This document shows, one piece after another, positions 48,758 to 58,533 of a stretch of DNA of 64,000 nt. The notes below the pieces were generated by a model. That model was not told where the DNA came from. It saw only the letters and a program-made list of their open reading frames with translations, and made no database searches. How positions within the stretch are numbered: position 1 is the first letter of the stretch; every line of letters begins with the position of its first letter. Position numbers and translations under genes: made by a program. Origin of the DNA: Myxococcota bacterium (GTDB taxonomy: Bacteria; Myxococcota_A; Polyangia; Polyangiales; Ga0077539); assembly GCA_052035985.1 (NCBI GenBank), contig JBPOHC010000366.1, positions 1 to 64,000 on the forward strand, read 5' to 3'.

Positions 48758-50066
48758 ATGCCCACCGTGAGCCAACGAAGCACCTCCCTCGCGGTCGTCA
48801 CGGGCCGCGGTCTGCCGCTGCTCCTCACGCTCGTCGCGTGCGCGCCGAAGAACCTCAGCATCGGTCCCGTCGACCACGACGTCGCCGTCGTCGACGCGTC
48901 TACGAAGGACACGGGCGCGCCGCCCACGGACGTCACGCGCCCCGACTCGACGGTCGCGAGCGACGTGCCCGAGGCCGACATCTACGTCGACGTTCCGGTG
49001 GTGATCGACCCCGATCAGCCCCTCGCCGACGTGGCGTCTGACAGGGCCAACGACGCGCCGCGACCGCTCGATGCGACGGGCGTCGACGCGGGGCCGCTGC
49101 CCAACCTCATCCCCGTGATTTCGAACCCGCAGATTCAGGAGCGCACCTTACCTCGCGACCTCGTGCGAGGTGATGGAGGGCTGCACGATGGCGGGCGATC
49201 GGAGGCTGCTCCGCTTCGACCTCTCGACCCCCAACATCGGCGCGGCGGACCTCTACCTCGGGGCGCCCACGATGGCGGGGCGTCCGCCGATGATGTTCGA
49301 GTACGGCACCTGCCACATGCACTGGCACCTGCGCGGCTATGCGGACTATCGGCTCATGACCCTCGACGGTCGCGAGGTGGGCCGCGGTCACAAGCAGTCG
49401 TTCTGCCTGCTCGACTCGGGGCGCTACATGACCATGGGCGCCGACATCCCCGCGGCCATGCGATACAACTGCGGCAACCAGGGGATTCACGCGGGCTGGA
49501 TGGACGTCTACGGCCGCAGCCTCGACTGCCAGTACGTCGACATCACGGGCGTGCCTCCGGGGCGCTACCGCATCCGCGCGCAGATCAACGTCGAGCGCGT
49601 CGTGGCCGAGAGCGACTACGCCGACAACGAGAGCTTCTACATGATCGACGTCCCGCCGCCGCCCGACTCGGATGCGGGCGCGGGCGACGCGGGCGTGTCG
49701 TTCGACCCGACGCTCGCGTGCTCGGGCGCCACCGAAGGCACCGGACGCAACTGCGGCTGGCAGGTCGAGGGACCCACGCGCACCTGCACCCCCGGCGTGC
49801 GCGTCGAGGTCGGGTGCAACCAGGGCTGCATGCCTCCGCTCGGGCTCTGCGCGGGCGATCCCATGATCCGCATCTGCCCCGGCGGAAGCCCCTGCCAGGA
49901 CCTCACCGCGCTCACCGCGAACGACGACTCGTGCCCCGGCGACGGAGGCCCCACGAGGCTCTGCTCGCTCGCGGCCTTCACGTGCCCGGCGAGCGGGCGA
50001 TACACCATCCTCACCGGCGCCTACCGCGCCGGCATGGCCTACGAGTGTCACCTCGAAACACGCTGA
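48758..50066 (+). pseudogene. lysyl-oxidase (LOX)-like copper amine oxidase lipoprotein, copy 1, interrupted by an apparent +1 frameshift near 49148
   Basis: Frame-2 N-terminus (ATG 48758, lipobox LLLTLVAC, acidic linker ...NPQIQERT) continues in frame 0 as YLATSCEVMEGCTM..., matching copy 2 (PLIQERVFLATSCDVLEGCTM) once the single extra base t49148 is removed. LOX signature CHMHWHLRGYADYRL and conserved Cys pattern downstream. Confidence 0.55.
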
Positions 50067-51160
50067 TCGCAGCCCTCTCCGTCGCAGCCTGCACGTCGAC
50101 GGACCCTCCCCGCGGAGACGCCTCGGCCGACGCCCGCGACGCCGCGAGCGACCTCGTCGACGCCCGCGACGTCACCTCCGATGTGTCATTGCCTGACCTT
50201 CGCGCCGAGCTGCGCTTTCCGCTCATTCAGGAGCGGGTCTTTCTGGCGACGTCGTGCGACGTGCTCGAGGGGTGCACGATGCCGGGGCGACGGCGGCTGC
50301 TGCGCTTCGACCTCACGACGCCCAACCTCGGCGACGGCGACCTCGTGCTCGGTCCGCCCGTGGTCGAGGGGCGCGCGCAGCCGGGCTTCGAGTGGGGCGA
50401 GTGTCACGGACACTTTCACTTCTCGGGCTACGCGGACTATCGCCTCGTCGCGCTCGACGGGCGCGAGGTCGCGCGCGGACACAAGCAGGCCTTCTGCCTC
50501 GAAGACACCGACCGGGCGCGCGTCGGCGGGCCGCTCCTCTCCGACGCAGAGCGCTTCAACTGCGACCGTCAGGGCATCCACGCGGGGTGGCAGGACGTCT
50601 ACGGCCGCGGCCTCGACTGCCAGTACGTCGACATCACCGACGTGCCCGCGGGGAGGTATCGCATCCGCGCGACGGTGAACCCCGAGGGGCGCATCGCCGA
50701 GTCGGACTACAGCAACAACGTCGGCGAGTTCGAGGTCGAGGTCTCCGCGTGGAACCCCGACGCCGGCGTGTCCGACGCGGGCGTCGACGCGGGCGTCGTG
50801 AACCCGACGCTCCCCTGCACCACGAGCGAGCAGGGGGCGCACCGCGACTGCGGCTGGGACGCGGAGCCTTCTGCGCGGCGCTGCACCCCGGGCGCGAGCG
50901 TGACCCTCGGGTGCGACGCGCGCTGCGGCCCCACGCTCGGGTTCTGCGCGGGCGACACGATGCTCCGCGTGTGTGAGGGCGAGGCTCCGTGCGACGACCT
51001 CCGCGCGCTCGCGACGAACGACGACGCGTGCGAGGCCGACGGCGCGCGCGACCCGTGCTCTCGCGTCACCTTCACGTGTCCCGCGTCGGGGTCGTATCGC
51101 GTGCTCGCCGGGGCGTACCGCGCGGGGGCGGCGTACACCTGCCGCGCCGAAGCGCGCTGA
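50045..51160 (+). CDS. lysyl-oxidase (LOX)-like lipoprotein, copy 2 (371 aa)
   Basis: GTG 50045 gives MSPRNTLIAALSVAAC lipobox signal. CHGHFHFSGYADYRL, GHKQAFCLED, GIHAGWQDVYG..LDCQYVDIT, Cys-rich C-terminus, ~60% identical to copy 1. Lies within track ORF 48581..51160. Confidence 0.7.
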   Translation: MSPRNTLIAALSVAACTSTDPPRGDASADARDAASDLVDARDVTSDVSLPDLRAELRFPLIQERVFLATSCDVLEGCTMPGRRRLLRFDLTTPNLGDGDLVLGPPVVEGRAQPGFEWGECHGHFHFSGYADYRLVALDGREVARGHKQAFCLEDTDRARVGGPLLSDAERFNCDRQGIHAGWQDVYGRGLDCQYVDITDVPAGRYRIRATVNPEGRIAESDYSNNVGEFEVEVSAWNPDAGVSDAGVDAGVVNPTLPCTTSEQGAHRDCGWDAEPSARRCTPGASVTLGCDARCGPTLGFCAGDTMLRVCEGEAPCDDLRALATNDDACEADGARDPCSRVTFTCPASGSYRVLAGAYRAGAAYTCRAEAR

Positions 51161-51196
51161 GCGCCGACGGAGCATCTCAGTACCGTGACGAGGACC

Positions 51197-52351
51197 ATGC
51201 GCGCTTTGCAGATCGTGATGTTTCTTGCGGTGATGTGCCTGATGACCTGGGGCCTCCACCACTACATCTGGGCGAGGTTCGTGAGAGACCCCGAGTGGCC
51301 CGCGCTCTGGACGCGGGTGGGCACCTGGGCCCTCGTCGCCGCGGGCGTGATGGTGCCCCTCGGGATGCTCCTCAACCGCGCGCTCCCTCGCGCCGTGATG
51401 GCGCCCATCGCGTGGGCCGTGTTCTCGTGGATGGGCCTGGCGTTCTTTCTCTTCCTCGGCCTCGCGACGACCGACGGCGCGCGGGCGCTCATGGCCGCCG
51501 TGTCGGGCGCGCAGGACCCCGAGCGTCGGCGCTTCATGGCGCGGCTCATGGCGAGCGCCGTGGGCGTCGCGGGCCTCGCCGCGGGCCTCTTCGCGATGCG
51601 AACCGCCCTCGCCCCGTGGACGATTCGCACCGTGCGCGTGCGCGTGTCGGGGCTCCCCGAGGCGCTCAAGGGCATGCGCATCGTGCAGCTCACCGACGTG
51701 CACGTGGGGCCCACGATCGGTCGAGATTTCATCAGCGGGATGGTGCGCGCGGTGAACCGTCTCAACCCCGACGTGATCGCCATCACGGGCGACCTGGTTG
51801 ATGGGCCCGTGTCGGAGCTCGGGGTTCACGTCGCGCCGCTCGCCGACCTCCGCGCGAAGCACGGGACCTTCTTCGTCACGGGCAACCACGAGTACTACTC
51901 GGGCGTCGCGGAGTGGGTCGCGGAGCTCGGTCGCCTCGGCGTGCGCGTGCTCGACAACGAGCGCGTCGCCGTGGGTGAGGGCGAGCACGTCATCGACCTC
52001 GCGGGCGTCAACGACTGGAGCGCGCGACGCTTCGACGTGTTCAAGCCCGACCTCGCGAAGGCCCTTCACGGAAGGGATGTGGCGCGTCCCGTGGTGCTCC
52101 TCGCGCACCAGCCCAAGATCATCAAGCAGGCCGCCGAGGCGCGCGTCGACCTCGTGCTCTCGGGGCACACGCACGGCGGACAGATCTGGCCCTGGACGAA
52201 GCTCGTCGCCCTCGATCAGCCCTACCTCGCGGGCCTCCACCGCGAAGAGCACACGCAGATCTACGTGAGCGAGGGGACGGGCTACTGGGGCCCTCCCATG
52301 CGCATCGGCACCGCGCCCGAGATCACCGAGATCATCCTCGATCGCGCTTGA
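51197..52351 (+). CDS. membrane-anchored calcineurin-like metallophosphoesterase (YkuE-like)
   Basis: Four N-terminal TM helices. ...LTDVHVG...ITGDLVD...GNHEYY...GHTHGGQ metal-binding motifs. Confidence 0.8.
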   Translation: MRALQIVMFLAVMCLMTWGLHHYIWARFVRDPEWPALWTRVGTWALVAAGVMVPLGMLLNRALPRAVMAPIAWAVFSWMGLAFFLFLGLATTDGARALMAAVSGAQDPERRRFMARLMASAVGVAGLAAGLFAMRTALAPWTIRTVRVRVSGLPEALKGMRIVQLTDVHVGPTIGRDFISGMVRAVNRLNPDVIAITGDLVDGPVSELGVHVAPLADLRAKHGTFFVTGNHEYYSGVAEWVAELGRLGVRVLDNERVAVGEGEHVIDLAGVNDWSARRFDVFKPDLAKALHGRDVARPVVLLAHQPKIIKQAAEARVDLVLSGHTHGGQIWPWTKLVALDQPYLAGLHREEHTQIYVSEGTGYWGPPMRIGTAPEITEIILDRA

Positions 52352-52443
52352 TGCGGGCGCTCGTGACACGCCCCCGTGGAGCGTGTTACGAAAAATCAAA
52401 ACGTGTCACCGATCCGTTGTGATGCTTGCGGCGTAGCGTGGCG

Positions 52444-54612
52444 ATGAGTTCGCGCGACGCCGAAAGGGTAACGCTCCGCGCCGCGACGCTCGCGTTCGCC
52501 GCGCTCGGGGTGTGCCTCGCGCGCGTGGCCTCGGCGCAGCAGACGCCCGAAGCGCAGGCGCCGCAGCCGCCGCAGACAGCACCGGCGACGCAAGCGCCGC
52601 AGGCCGAGCAGGTCAACGAGGGTGCCGAGGGCGGCGAGGGCGGCGAGGCGACCGTGCGCGGAGAGGGGCCTCGTCGCGCGGCGTCGGACTACACCTTCGA
52701 CGTGAGCAGCCTGCGACCCGTGCCTCGGAGCACGGCGGCCGATCTCCTCTCGCTCGCGCCGGGGTTCTTTCTCTCGCAGCACGGCGGCGACGGAAAGGCC
52801 CACCAGCTCTTTCTCCGCGGCTTCGACGCCGACCACGGGCAAGACGTCGAGTTCTCCGTGGGCGGCGCGCCCGTCAACGAGGTCTCGAACGTCCACGGGC
52901 AGGGCTACGCCGATCTCAACTTCATGATCCCCGAGGTCGTCGATCGCGTGCGCGTGCTCGAAGGCCCCTACGACCCGCGTCAGGGAGACTTCGCCGTCGC
53001 GGGCTCGGCGCGCTTCGACCTCGGCGTCGCGGACCGCGGCGCGCTCCTCAGGGCCTCGTACGGGATGTTCAACGCGCAGCGCCTCGTCGGCGTGTTCGCG
53101 CCGCGCGGCGAGCGCCGCGAGACCTTTCTCGCGGGCGAGCTCGCGCGCTCCGACGGCTACGGGCAGAACCGCGCGTCGTCGCGCGCCGCCGTGATCGCCC
53201 AGTACGCCAGGGAGCTCGCCGGGAGCGCCACCGTGCGCGTGCTCGCGACCTCGTACGCGGGCCGGTGGGACAGCGCGGGCGTCGTGCGCGAGTCGGACTA
53301 CCTCCGCGGGCGACAGGGCTACTTCGACACCAACGACACGCACCAGGGAGGCTTCAGCGCGCGGCACGGCGTGGTCGTCGAGGTGGTCGTCCCGCGCGGC
53401 GCCGACCGCACCGCGGTCTCGCTCTTCGGCGCGCTCCGCGAGCTGCGCGTGCGAGAGGACTACACGGGCTACCTCCTCGACCCGCGCGGCGATCGCTACG
53501 AGCAGACCTACGACGCCGTCACCCTCGGCCTCGCGGCTTCGCACCGTCACACGTTCCGTCTCGGCGGCCTCGCGCACGCGTGGGAGGTGGGCGTCTCCGC
53601 GCGCCACGACGTCACCACCCAGGCGATGCACCGACAGCGCGCCGCCGACGACGTGAACTACGCCGCCATGACCGACGCCGACGTCGACGCGACGGACGTG
53701 GGCCTCTACGGCGATTTCGAACTGCGCCTCATGCGCTCGCTCTCGCTCCGCGGAGGTCTTCGCGCCGACGGGCTCGGCTACCAGATCGACGATCGGATGC
53801 CGCGCGCCAACACACGCACGAGCACTCCGGAGCCGCGCGGGCGGCGCGACGCGCAGGGCTTTCAGCTCGGTCCGCGCGCCACCGTCGAGTGGGAGCCCCT
53901 CCGCGGACTCTCGCTGATCGCCGCGTACGGAAAGGGCTTCCGCTCGCCGCAGGCGCTCTCGCTCGGCGAGGGAGAGAGCGCCCCCTTCGCGACGGTGCAC
54001 TCGGGCGAGGTGGGCGTGCGGTACCGCGGCGCGCGGGTCAACGCGACGGTCACGGGCTTCGGCACGCACGTCGACCGCGACCTGGTGTTCGAACCCACGC
54101 AGGGACAGAACCTCGTGAGCGACGCCACCGCGGCCACCACGCGCCTCGGCGTCGCGGCCTCGGTGCGGGTGATCCCCCTGCGCGGTCTCGAAGTGGTCGC
54201 GAGCGGAACGTGGGCCCGCGCCACCTACGACTCGACGGGCAACCTCGTGCCGTATGTTCCTCCGCTCGTGGGGCGCCTCGACGCGACCTTTCAGCGCGCG
54301 GTCGGCCGCGTGTTGTCGCAGGAGGTCACCGTCTCGTCGGGCCTCGGCGTGACCGCGCTCGGCCCGCGCGCGCTGCCCTTGAGCGAGTTCTCAGACCCGG
54401 TGCTGCTCATCGACCTCGGGCTGAGCGGCCGCGTGGGGCCCGTGGAGCTCGGCGTCTCGATGCGCAACCTCACCGACGCGCGCTGGGAAGACGGCGTCTT
54501 CAACTACGCCTCGAACTTCGATCCCTCGGTCGCGGGCAGCCGCGTCCCCGCGCGTCACTTCTCCGCGGGCAGACCCTTCACCGCCCTCGCCTCGCTCACC
54601 CTGCACCTGTGA
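52444..54612 (+). CDS. TonB-dependent receptor-like outer-membrane beta-barrel protein
   Basis: Signal peptide. Plug-domain motifs (FLRGFDADHGQDVEFSVGGAPVNE). Long beta-barrel region with periodic aromatic/Gly pattern. Start ATG 52444 inside the longer track ORF. Confidence 0.7.
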   Translation: MSSRDAERVTLRAATLAFAALGVCLARVASAQQTPEAQAPQPPQTAPATQAPQAEQVNEGAEGGEGGEATVRGEGPRRAASDYTFDVSSLRPVPRSTAADLLSLAPGFFLSQHGGDGKAHQLFLRGFDADHGQDVEFSVGGAPVNEVSNVHGQGYADLNFMIPEVVDRVRVLEGPYDPRQGDFAVAGSARFDLGVADRGALLRASYGMFNAQRLVGVFAPRGERRETFLAGELARSDGYGQNRASSRAAVIAQYARELAGSATVRVLATSYAGRWDSAGVVRESDYLRGRQGYFDTNDTHQGGFSARHGVVVEVVVPRGADRTAVSLFGALRELRVREDYTGYLLDPRGDRYEQTYDAVTLGLAASHRHTFRLGGLAHAWEVGVSARHDVTTQAMHRQRAADDVNYAAMTDADVDATDVGLYGDFELRLMRSLSLRGGLRADGLGYQIDDRMPRANTRTSTPEPRGRRDAQGFQLGPRATVEWEPLRGLSLIAAYGKGFRSPQALSLGEGESAPFATVHSGEVGVRYRGARVNATVTGFGTHVDRDLVFEPTQGQNLVSDATAATTRLGVAASVRVIPLRGLEVVASGTWARATYDSTGNLVPYVPPLVGRLDATFQRAVGRVLSQEVTVSSGLGVTALGPRALPLSEFSDPVLLIDLGLSGRVGPVELGVSMRNLTDARWEDGVFNYASNFDPSVAGSRVPARHFSAGRPFTALASLTLHL

Positions 54613-55391
54613 TGGCTCCCATGAAGCGTCGCGCTCGCATCGAAGTCACCGCCCTCTGCGGCCTCGCCGCGGCCCTCGTCGCCACCGCCCGCTGCGGCGA
54701 CGCGGGCGACACCACGGGGCGCGTGCGGGTGACGTTTCCTGTCACCGTGCGCGGCATCAACCCGACGTCGGACAACGCGAGGGGGTGGCGCGTCGTGGTC
54801 GAGGAGGCCCTCGTCGCGGCGGGGCCCCTGCGCTGGTACGAGGGGCCGCCGATCTTCGCGCGGAGGCTCTTTCAATTCGGCGTCGCCTTCGCGCACCCGG
54901 GCCACTACGTGCCCGGCGAGGCCCTCGCGGACATCCCCTCGCAGCGCGTGGTCGATCTCACCGCGGCGAGTCCGACGCTGCTCGAAGGCGCGACGGGCGT
55001 GTCGGGCGACGCGCTCTCGGCGACCTTCGAACTGCGCCCTCCAGGGAGCGCGCTCGGCCCTTCGGCCACGGGGCTCCACGGCCTCGCGCTCTGGACCCGC
55101 GGGACGGCCACGCGCGCGGGCGTCACCGTGCGCTTCGAGGGCGGCGTCGCGGTCGACTACGCCGTGCGAGGGATCCCCGCGCGCGCGACCTTCGCGTCGG
55201 GAGGGAGCGCCGATGTCGCCGTCGACCTCGCGCAGTGGTTCGACCGCGCGGACTTCGGGACGCTCACCGCGGGCGCCGACGGGACGGCGCGGATCAACGC
55301 CGGGAGCGAGGTCGCCAACGGGCTCTACCGCGGCGCCACGAGCGGCGCGGCGTACCTCTTCTCGTGGCGCGCGAGCGCGCCCGATCGGTGA
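54612..55391 (+). CDS. hypothetical exported protein (259 aa), coupled to the TonB-receptor gene (TGATG overlap)
   Basis: Signal-like MAPMKRRARIEVTALCGLAAALVATARC. Protein-like tail of track ORF 52512..55391, whose N-terminal part is an artefact. Confidence 0.5.
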   Translation: MAPMKRRARIEVTALCGLAAALVATARCGDAGDTTGRVRVTFPVTVRGINPTSDNARGWRVVVEEALVAAGPLRWYEGPPIFARRLFQFGVAFAHPGHYVPGEALADIPSQRVVDLTAASPTLLEGATGVSGDALSATFELRPPGSALGPSATGLHGLALWTRGTATRAGVTVRFEGGVAVDYAVRGIPARATFASGGSADVAVDLAQWFDRADFGTLTAGADGTARINAGSEVANGLYRGATSGAAYLFSWRASAPDR

Positions 55392-55401
55392 GCGGAAAGC
55401 T

Positions 55402-55857
55402 CTAGAAAAACTGGTGCGCGAGGCGGATCGCGAAGGTGATGAGCCCCGCGGCCAGGGTCACCGAGAGCGTCGCCGTGGCGCTCGGATGCGCCAGCACGCG
55501 CGTCACGGGAAAGGCCCGCCTCGTCGCCCACGGCGCGGCCAGCGCGACCGCGAGCGTGAGGAGAAAGAGCAGCGGCCCCATGAGGTGCGCCCCGAACGCG
55601 CGGAGGACGTGCCCGTGCGCCATGTTGGCGAAGCTCGTCGTGAGCCCGCAGCCCGGACACGGGACCCGCGTCATCGCTTCGAAGGTGCACGGCGGGAGCC
55701 CGAGCTGCTGGTGCGATCCGAAGCCGCGGGGGTCGGGGCGCAGCCACGCGGAGACGATGAGAACGGCCCAGCTCCCGAGGCCCGCGATGATCCAGAAGAT
55801 GCGCGTCGGCCACGGGGAGTCTTCGGGGTGAGCGGGGTAGGCCGACTCCGTGGTCAT
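55402..55857 (-). CDS. DUF2752-family small membrane protein
   Basis: Motif VPCPGCGLTTSF between TM helices, characteristic of DUF2752. Confidence 0.65.
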   Translation of the reverse strand: MTTESAYPAHPEDSPWPTRIFWIIAGLGSWAVLIVSAWLRPDPRGFGSHQQLGLPPCTFEAMTRVPCPGCGLTTSFANMAHGHVLRAFGAHLMGPLLFLLTLAVALAAPWATRRAFPVTRVLAHPSATATLSVTLAAGLITFAIRLAHQFF

Positions 55858-55910
55858 CGGATGGCGGTTGTACCACCGCGACGGCGCCGAGGGACGTTAT
55901 CCTCCGGCGC

Positions 55911-56795
55911 GTGCGCGCCCTCCCACTCGTGCTCTCGATCCTGGTGACCTCGCTCCCGACGGCGGCCTCCGCGCAGGACGCCGGCGCCGTCGACGCGCCG
56001 ACCGTGAACCCCATGGGCGTGGTGATGGCCGCGCGCGGCGCCGCGACGCCGATCTTCAGCCACACGCGGAGGCATCGGCGCGCGCAGACCTTCGAAGAGA
56101 CCCTTCGGATGCCCGTGGTGCGAGGCCGCTGCTACGAGGCGCTCGGCTACGCGACGGGGGCCGCGCCCGTGTTCGCGCAGGTGGTCGCGGGCCACGCGCG
56201 CGTCGGAGACTCGCTCGCCATGACCAACTCCGTCGGCCGCGTCGTGCGGCAGCGCTTCTGCGCGACGGAGCCCGCGGAGCTCTACGGCATGGAGCTCCAC
56301 GCCGAGGGAGACTCGTGGTGGTACCTCGTCGTGGTGCCCACGGACGCCGTCGCGGACGCGGGTGTGACGGCGCGGGCTGCGACCGCCCCCGTCGACGCGG
56401 GGCGCGTGTCGACGACGCCCGTGAGGCGCTTCCCCGTGGGCGGCGGAGACGACTACGTCGCGCGGCAGATTCAGGGCTTCGCGAGGCAGCGCCCGGGCGT
56501 CGAGGGCGTGACCGAGACCGTGCGCGTGACGCTCCCCACGAACGGCGCGTACGAGGGCGCGGTGGGCATCCCCACGGGGCGCTGCGTTCACGTCGTGGCG
56601 GCGGGCGTCCCGAGCGTGGCCGACCTCGTCGTCGAGCTCGAAGACCCCGCGGGCCACCGCGTCGCGCAAGACGCCACGCGCCGCAACGTCGAGAGCGTGC
56701 GCCACTGCGCCTCGTACGCTGGGACGTTTCGCATGCGCGTGCGGGTGTTCTCGGGCGCCGGGCTCGTGGGCGTGCAGGCGCTCCTCGAGCCGTAG
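55911..56795 (+). CDS. secreted hypothetical protein (294 aa)
   Basis: Signal peptide MRALPLVLSILVTSLPTAASAQ with protein-like composition. The overlapping 600-aa ORFs on both strands are R-rich. Confidence 0.5.
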   Translation: MRALPLVLSILVTSLPTAASAQDAGAVDAPTVNPMGVVMAARGAATPIFSHTRRHRRAQTFEETLRMPVVRGRCYEALGYATGAAPVFAQVVAGHARVGDSLAMTNSVGRVVRQRFCATEPAELYGMELHAEGDSWWYLVVVPTDAVADAGVTARAATAPVDAGRVSTTPVRRFPVGGGDDYVARQIQGFARQRPGVEGVTETVRVTLPTNGAYEGAVGIPTGRCVHVVAAGVPSVADLVVELEDPAGHRVAQDATRRNVESVRHCASYAGTFRMRVRVFSGAGLVGVQALLEP

Positions 56796-56821
56796 CGGGG
56801 AGCCCGACCGACGCGCGGCTC

Positions 56822-57682
56822 TCAGTCCTTGCCGCGCTCGCCGGGCGGCCGCGCAGACGCCTGTCGACCGTGGGTCGCTCGCGTGGGACGTCGCCGCGGG
56901 ACCCTCCGCGCGCGCACGCCCTCGCGGCACTGGTTGTCTCCGTCGGGGCACTCGATGCGGACGTGAAAGTGGTTGTCGTGCGGCGACACCCTGCGCGGTT
57001 GCAGGAGCGTGAGCGCCGCCTCGTTGATCACCGACGAGGCCACGCCGTGCTCCCGCGCGTACGCGAGGAGCCGCGTGCGAAGCGGCGCGGAGATGAAGAT
57101 CCGCTCGACGCCCACCCTGCGCTCGGTGAGCAGCGACTCGAGGAGGGCCCAGTTTCGCGCCGTGTCGAAGACGTAGCGCCCGTCGAGCGAGCGGCCGTTG
57201 GCGTCGAAGGACACGTAGTCGTCGAGCTCGACGGACGCGCCCGGTCCGCGGGAGGTCCAGAGGCGCGCGTAGAAGCCCACGTCGGCGTCGCGGCCGCTCT
57301 GGTGCGAGCGGTGATGCCCGATGGGGCCGCCGTGCTCGGCGGAGAGATCCCCCACGGTGATCCGGACGCCGAAGCGTCGGCGCATCGAGGCTCCGACGCG
57401 TTCGAGCAGCGCGACGAGCTCCTCGGTGCCCCAGTGGAGGACGCGCCCGGGCATGAAGCGCACGCCGTCGCCCTCGGCGAGGTGACGCCCGTGGACGAGC
57501 GTCCCGCTGTTGGCCCAACCCAGCGACGCGCTCGGAGGGAGGCGCGGGCGAGACTGCCTCCGCTGGGCTGCCCTCCCGCGCGCCCGAGGGGCTTCGCCGT
57601 GAGTCTGCGCTTCGACGGAGGCGCCGAGCAGCAACGCCGCGAGCGCCGTGACCCAACCCAACGTCCGTGAAAAGGTCCGCAC
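56822..57682 (-). CDS. mepA: penicillin-insensitive murein endopeptidase MepA (peptidase M74)
   Basis: HHRSHQSGRDADV...HDNHFHVRI Zn-binding motifs. Signal peptide. GTG start. Confidence 0.8.
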   Translation of the reverse strand: MRTFSRTLGWVTALAALLLGASVEAQTHGEAPRARGRAAQRRQSRPRLPPSASLGWANSGTLVHGRHLAEGDGVRFMPGRVLHWGTEELVALLERVGASMRRRFGVRITVGDLSAEHGGPIGHHRSHQSGRDADVGFYARLWTSRGPGASVELDDYVSFDANGRSLDGRYVFDTARNWALLESLLTERRVGVERIFISAPLRTRLLAYAREHGVASSVINEAALTLLQPRRVSPHDNHFHVRIECPDGDNQCREGVRARRVPRRRPTRATHGRQASARPPGERGKD

Positions 57683-57752
57683 GGGGTAGACGCACTAGCA
57701 GAAGGGCTCTGACGCTCTCCAGTCTTCGACAAGGTACAAGACATTTGACAGG

Positions 57753-57769
57753 CTGCGCGAGCGTTCAGT
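57753..57769 (+). promoter_or_regulatory. candidate LexA (SOS) box ctgcgcgagcGTTCAGt upstream of lexA
   Basis: 14/17 match to the delta-proteobacterial CTRHAMRYBYGTTCAGS consensus (recalled from memory). A TTGACA hexamer sits 3 bp upstream (57745-50). Confidence 0.3.
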
Positions 57770-57825
57770 AGCGTACCGATCTCCACGCGCCGGAGAGGCG
57801 TGTAGAAGGGAAACCCGCGAGGCGT

Positions 57826-58533
57826 ATGCAACCACTCACCGAGCGTCAGGAAGCGATCCTCGAGTTCATCCGCCATTCGATCCGCGAGCGGGGCTATCCC
57901 CCCACGCTGCGCGAGATCGGAGCGCAGATGAACATCCGATCCACCAACGGCGTGAGCGATCACCTCCGCGCGCTGGAGCGCAAGGGCTACCTCCGCCGCG
58001 AGGACATGAAGTCTCGCGCGCTGCGCCCCACGACGCCCGACGCGCGCGTGCGTGTGGTCGACGGCGACGGCGAGGAGCCCGCGTACGACATCCACCTCGA
58101 CAACGAGCCCGCGAACAACGTGATGAACATCCCCCTCGTCGGCCGCGTGGCCGCGGGGCCGCTCACCTTCGCTGCGCAGAACGTCGAGCAGCAGATCATG
58201 ATGGACCCGTCGCTCCTCCGCGGTGCGTCGGGGGGCGAGACCTTCGCGCTGCGCGTCCGCGGCGACGCGATGATCGAGGCCGGCATCCACGAGGGAGACA
58301 TTCTCTTCGTGCGCCGTCAGGAGGCCGCGAACCGCGCCGAGATCGTCGTGGCGCTCGTGGGCGACGAGGCCACGGTGAAGCGCTACTTCCCCGAGCGCGA
58401 TCACATCCGTCTTCAGCCTGAGAACAAGCGCCTCGCGCCGATCTACGTGCGTCGCACGGAGCTCAACGGCTTCCGCATCCTGGGCGTGGTGGTGGGCCTC
58501 TTTCGCTCGGTGACCTCGCTCAAGGCGACCTGA
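57826..58533 (+). CDS. lexA: LexA-family repressor (S24 peptidase fold) with Ala replacing the catalytic Ser (GDAM instead of G-x-S-M)
   Basis: N-terminal winged HTH LTERQEAILEFI...GYPPTLREIG. Cleavage-site AAG present. VRGDAMIEAGI where E. coli has VSGMSMKDIGI. Lys dyad partner VKRY present. Confidence 0.85.
   Translation: MQPLTERQEAILEFIRHSIRERGYPPTLREIGAQMNIRSTNGVSDHLRALERKGYLRREDMKSRALRPTTPDARVRVVDGDGEEPAYDIHLDNEPANNVMNIPLVGRVAAGPLTFAAQNVEQQIMMDPSLLRGASGGETFALRVRGDAMIEAGIHEGDILFVRRQEAANRAEIVVALVGDEATVKRYFPERDHIRLQPENKRLAPIYVRRTELNGFRILGVVVGLFRSVTSLKAT

Noticed and set aside
48581-51160. 859-aa plus-strand ORF
   Set aside because: Composite. It contains the N-terminus of LOX copy 1, then antisense-like junk where copy 1 actually continues in frame 0, then LOX copy 2. 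Resolved into two genes.
52512-55391. 959-aa plus-strand ORF
   Set aside because: First 2.1 kb is an out-of-frame shadow of the TonB-dependent receptor gene. Only 54612..55391 retained.
55850-57695. ~600-aa ORFs on both strands
   Set aside because: R-rich artefacts. Region is better explained by DUF2752 (-), a secreted protein (+) and mepA (-).
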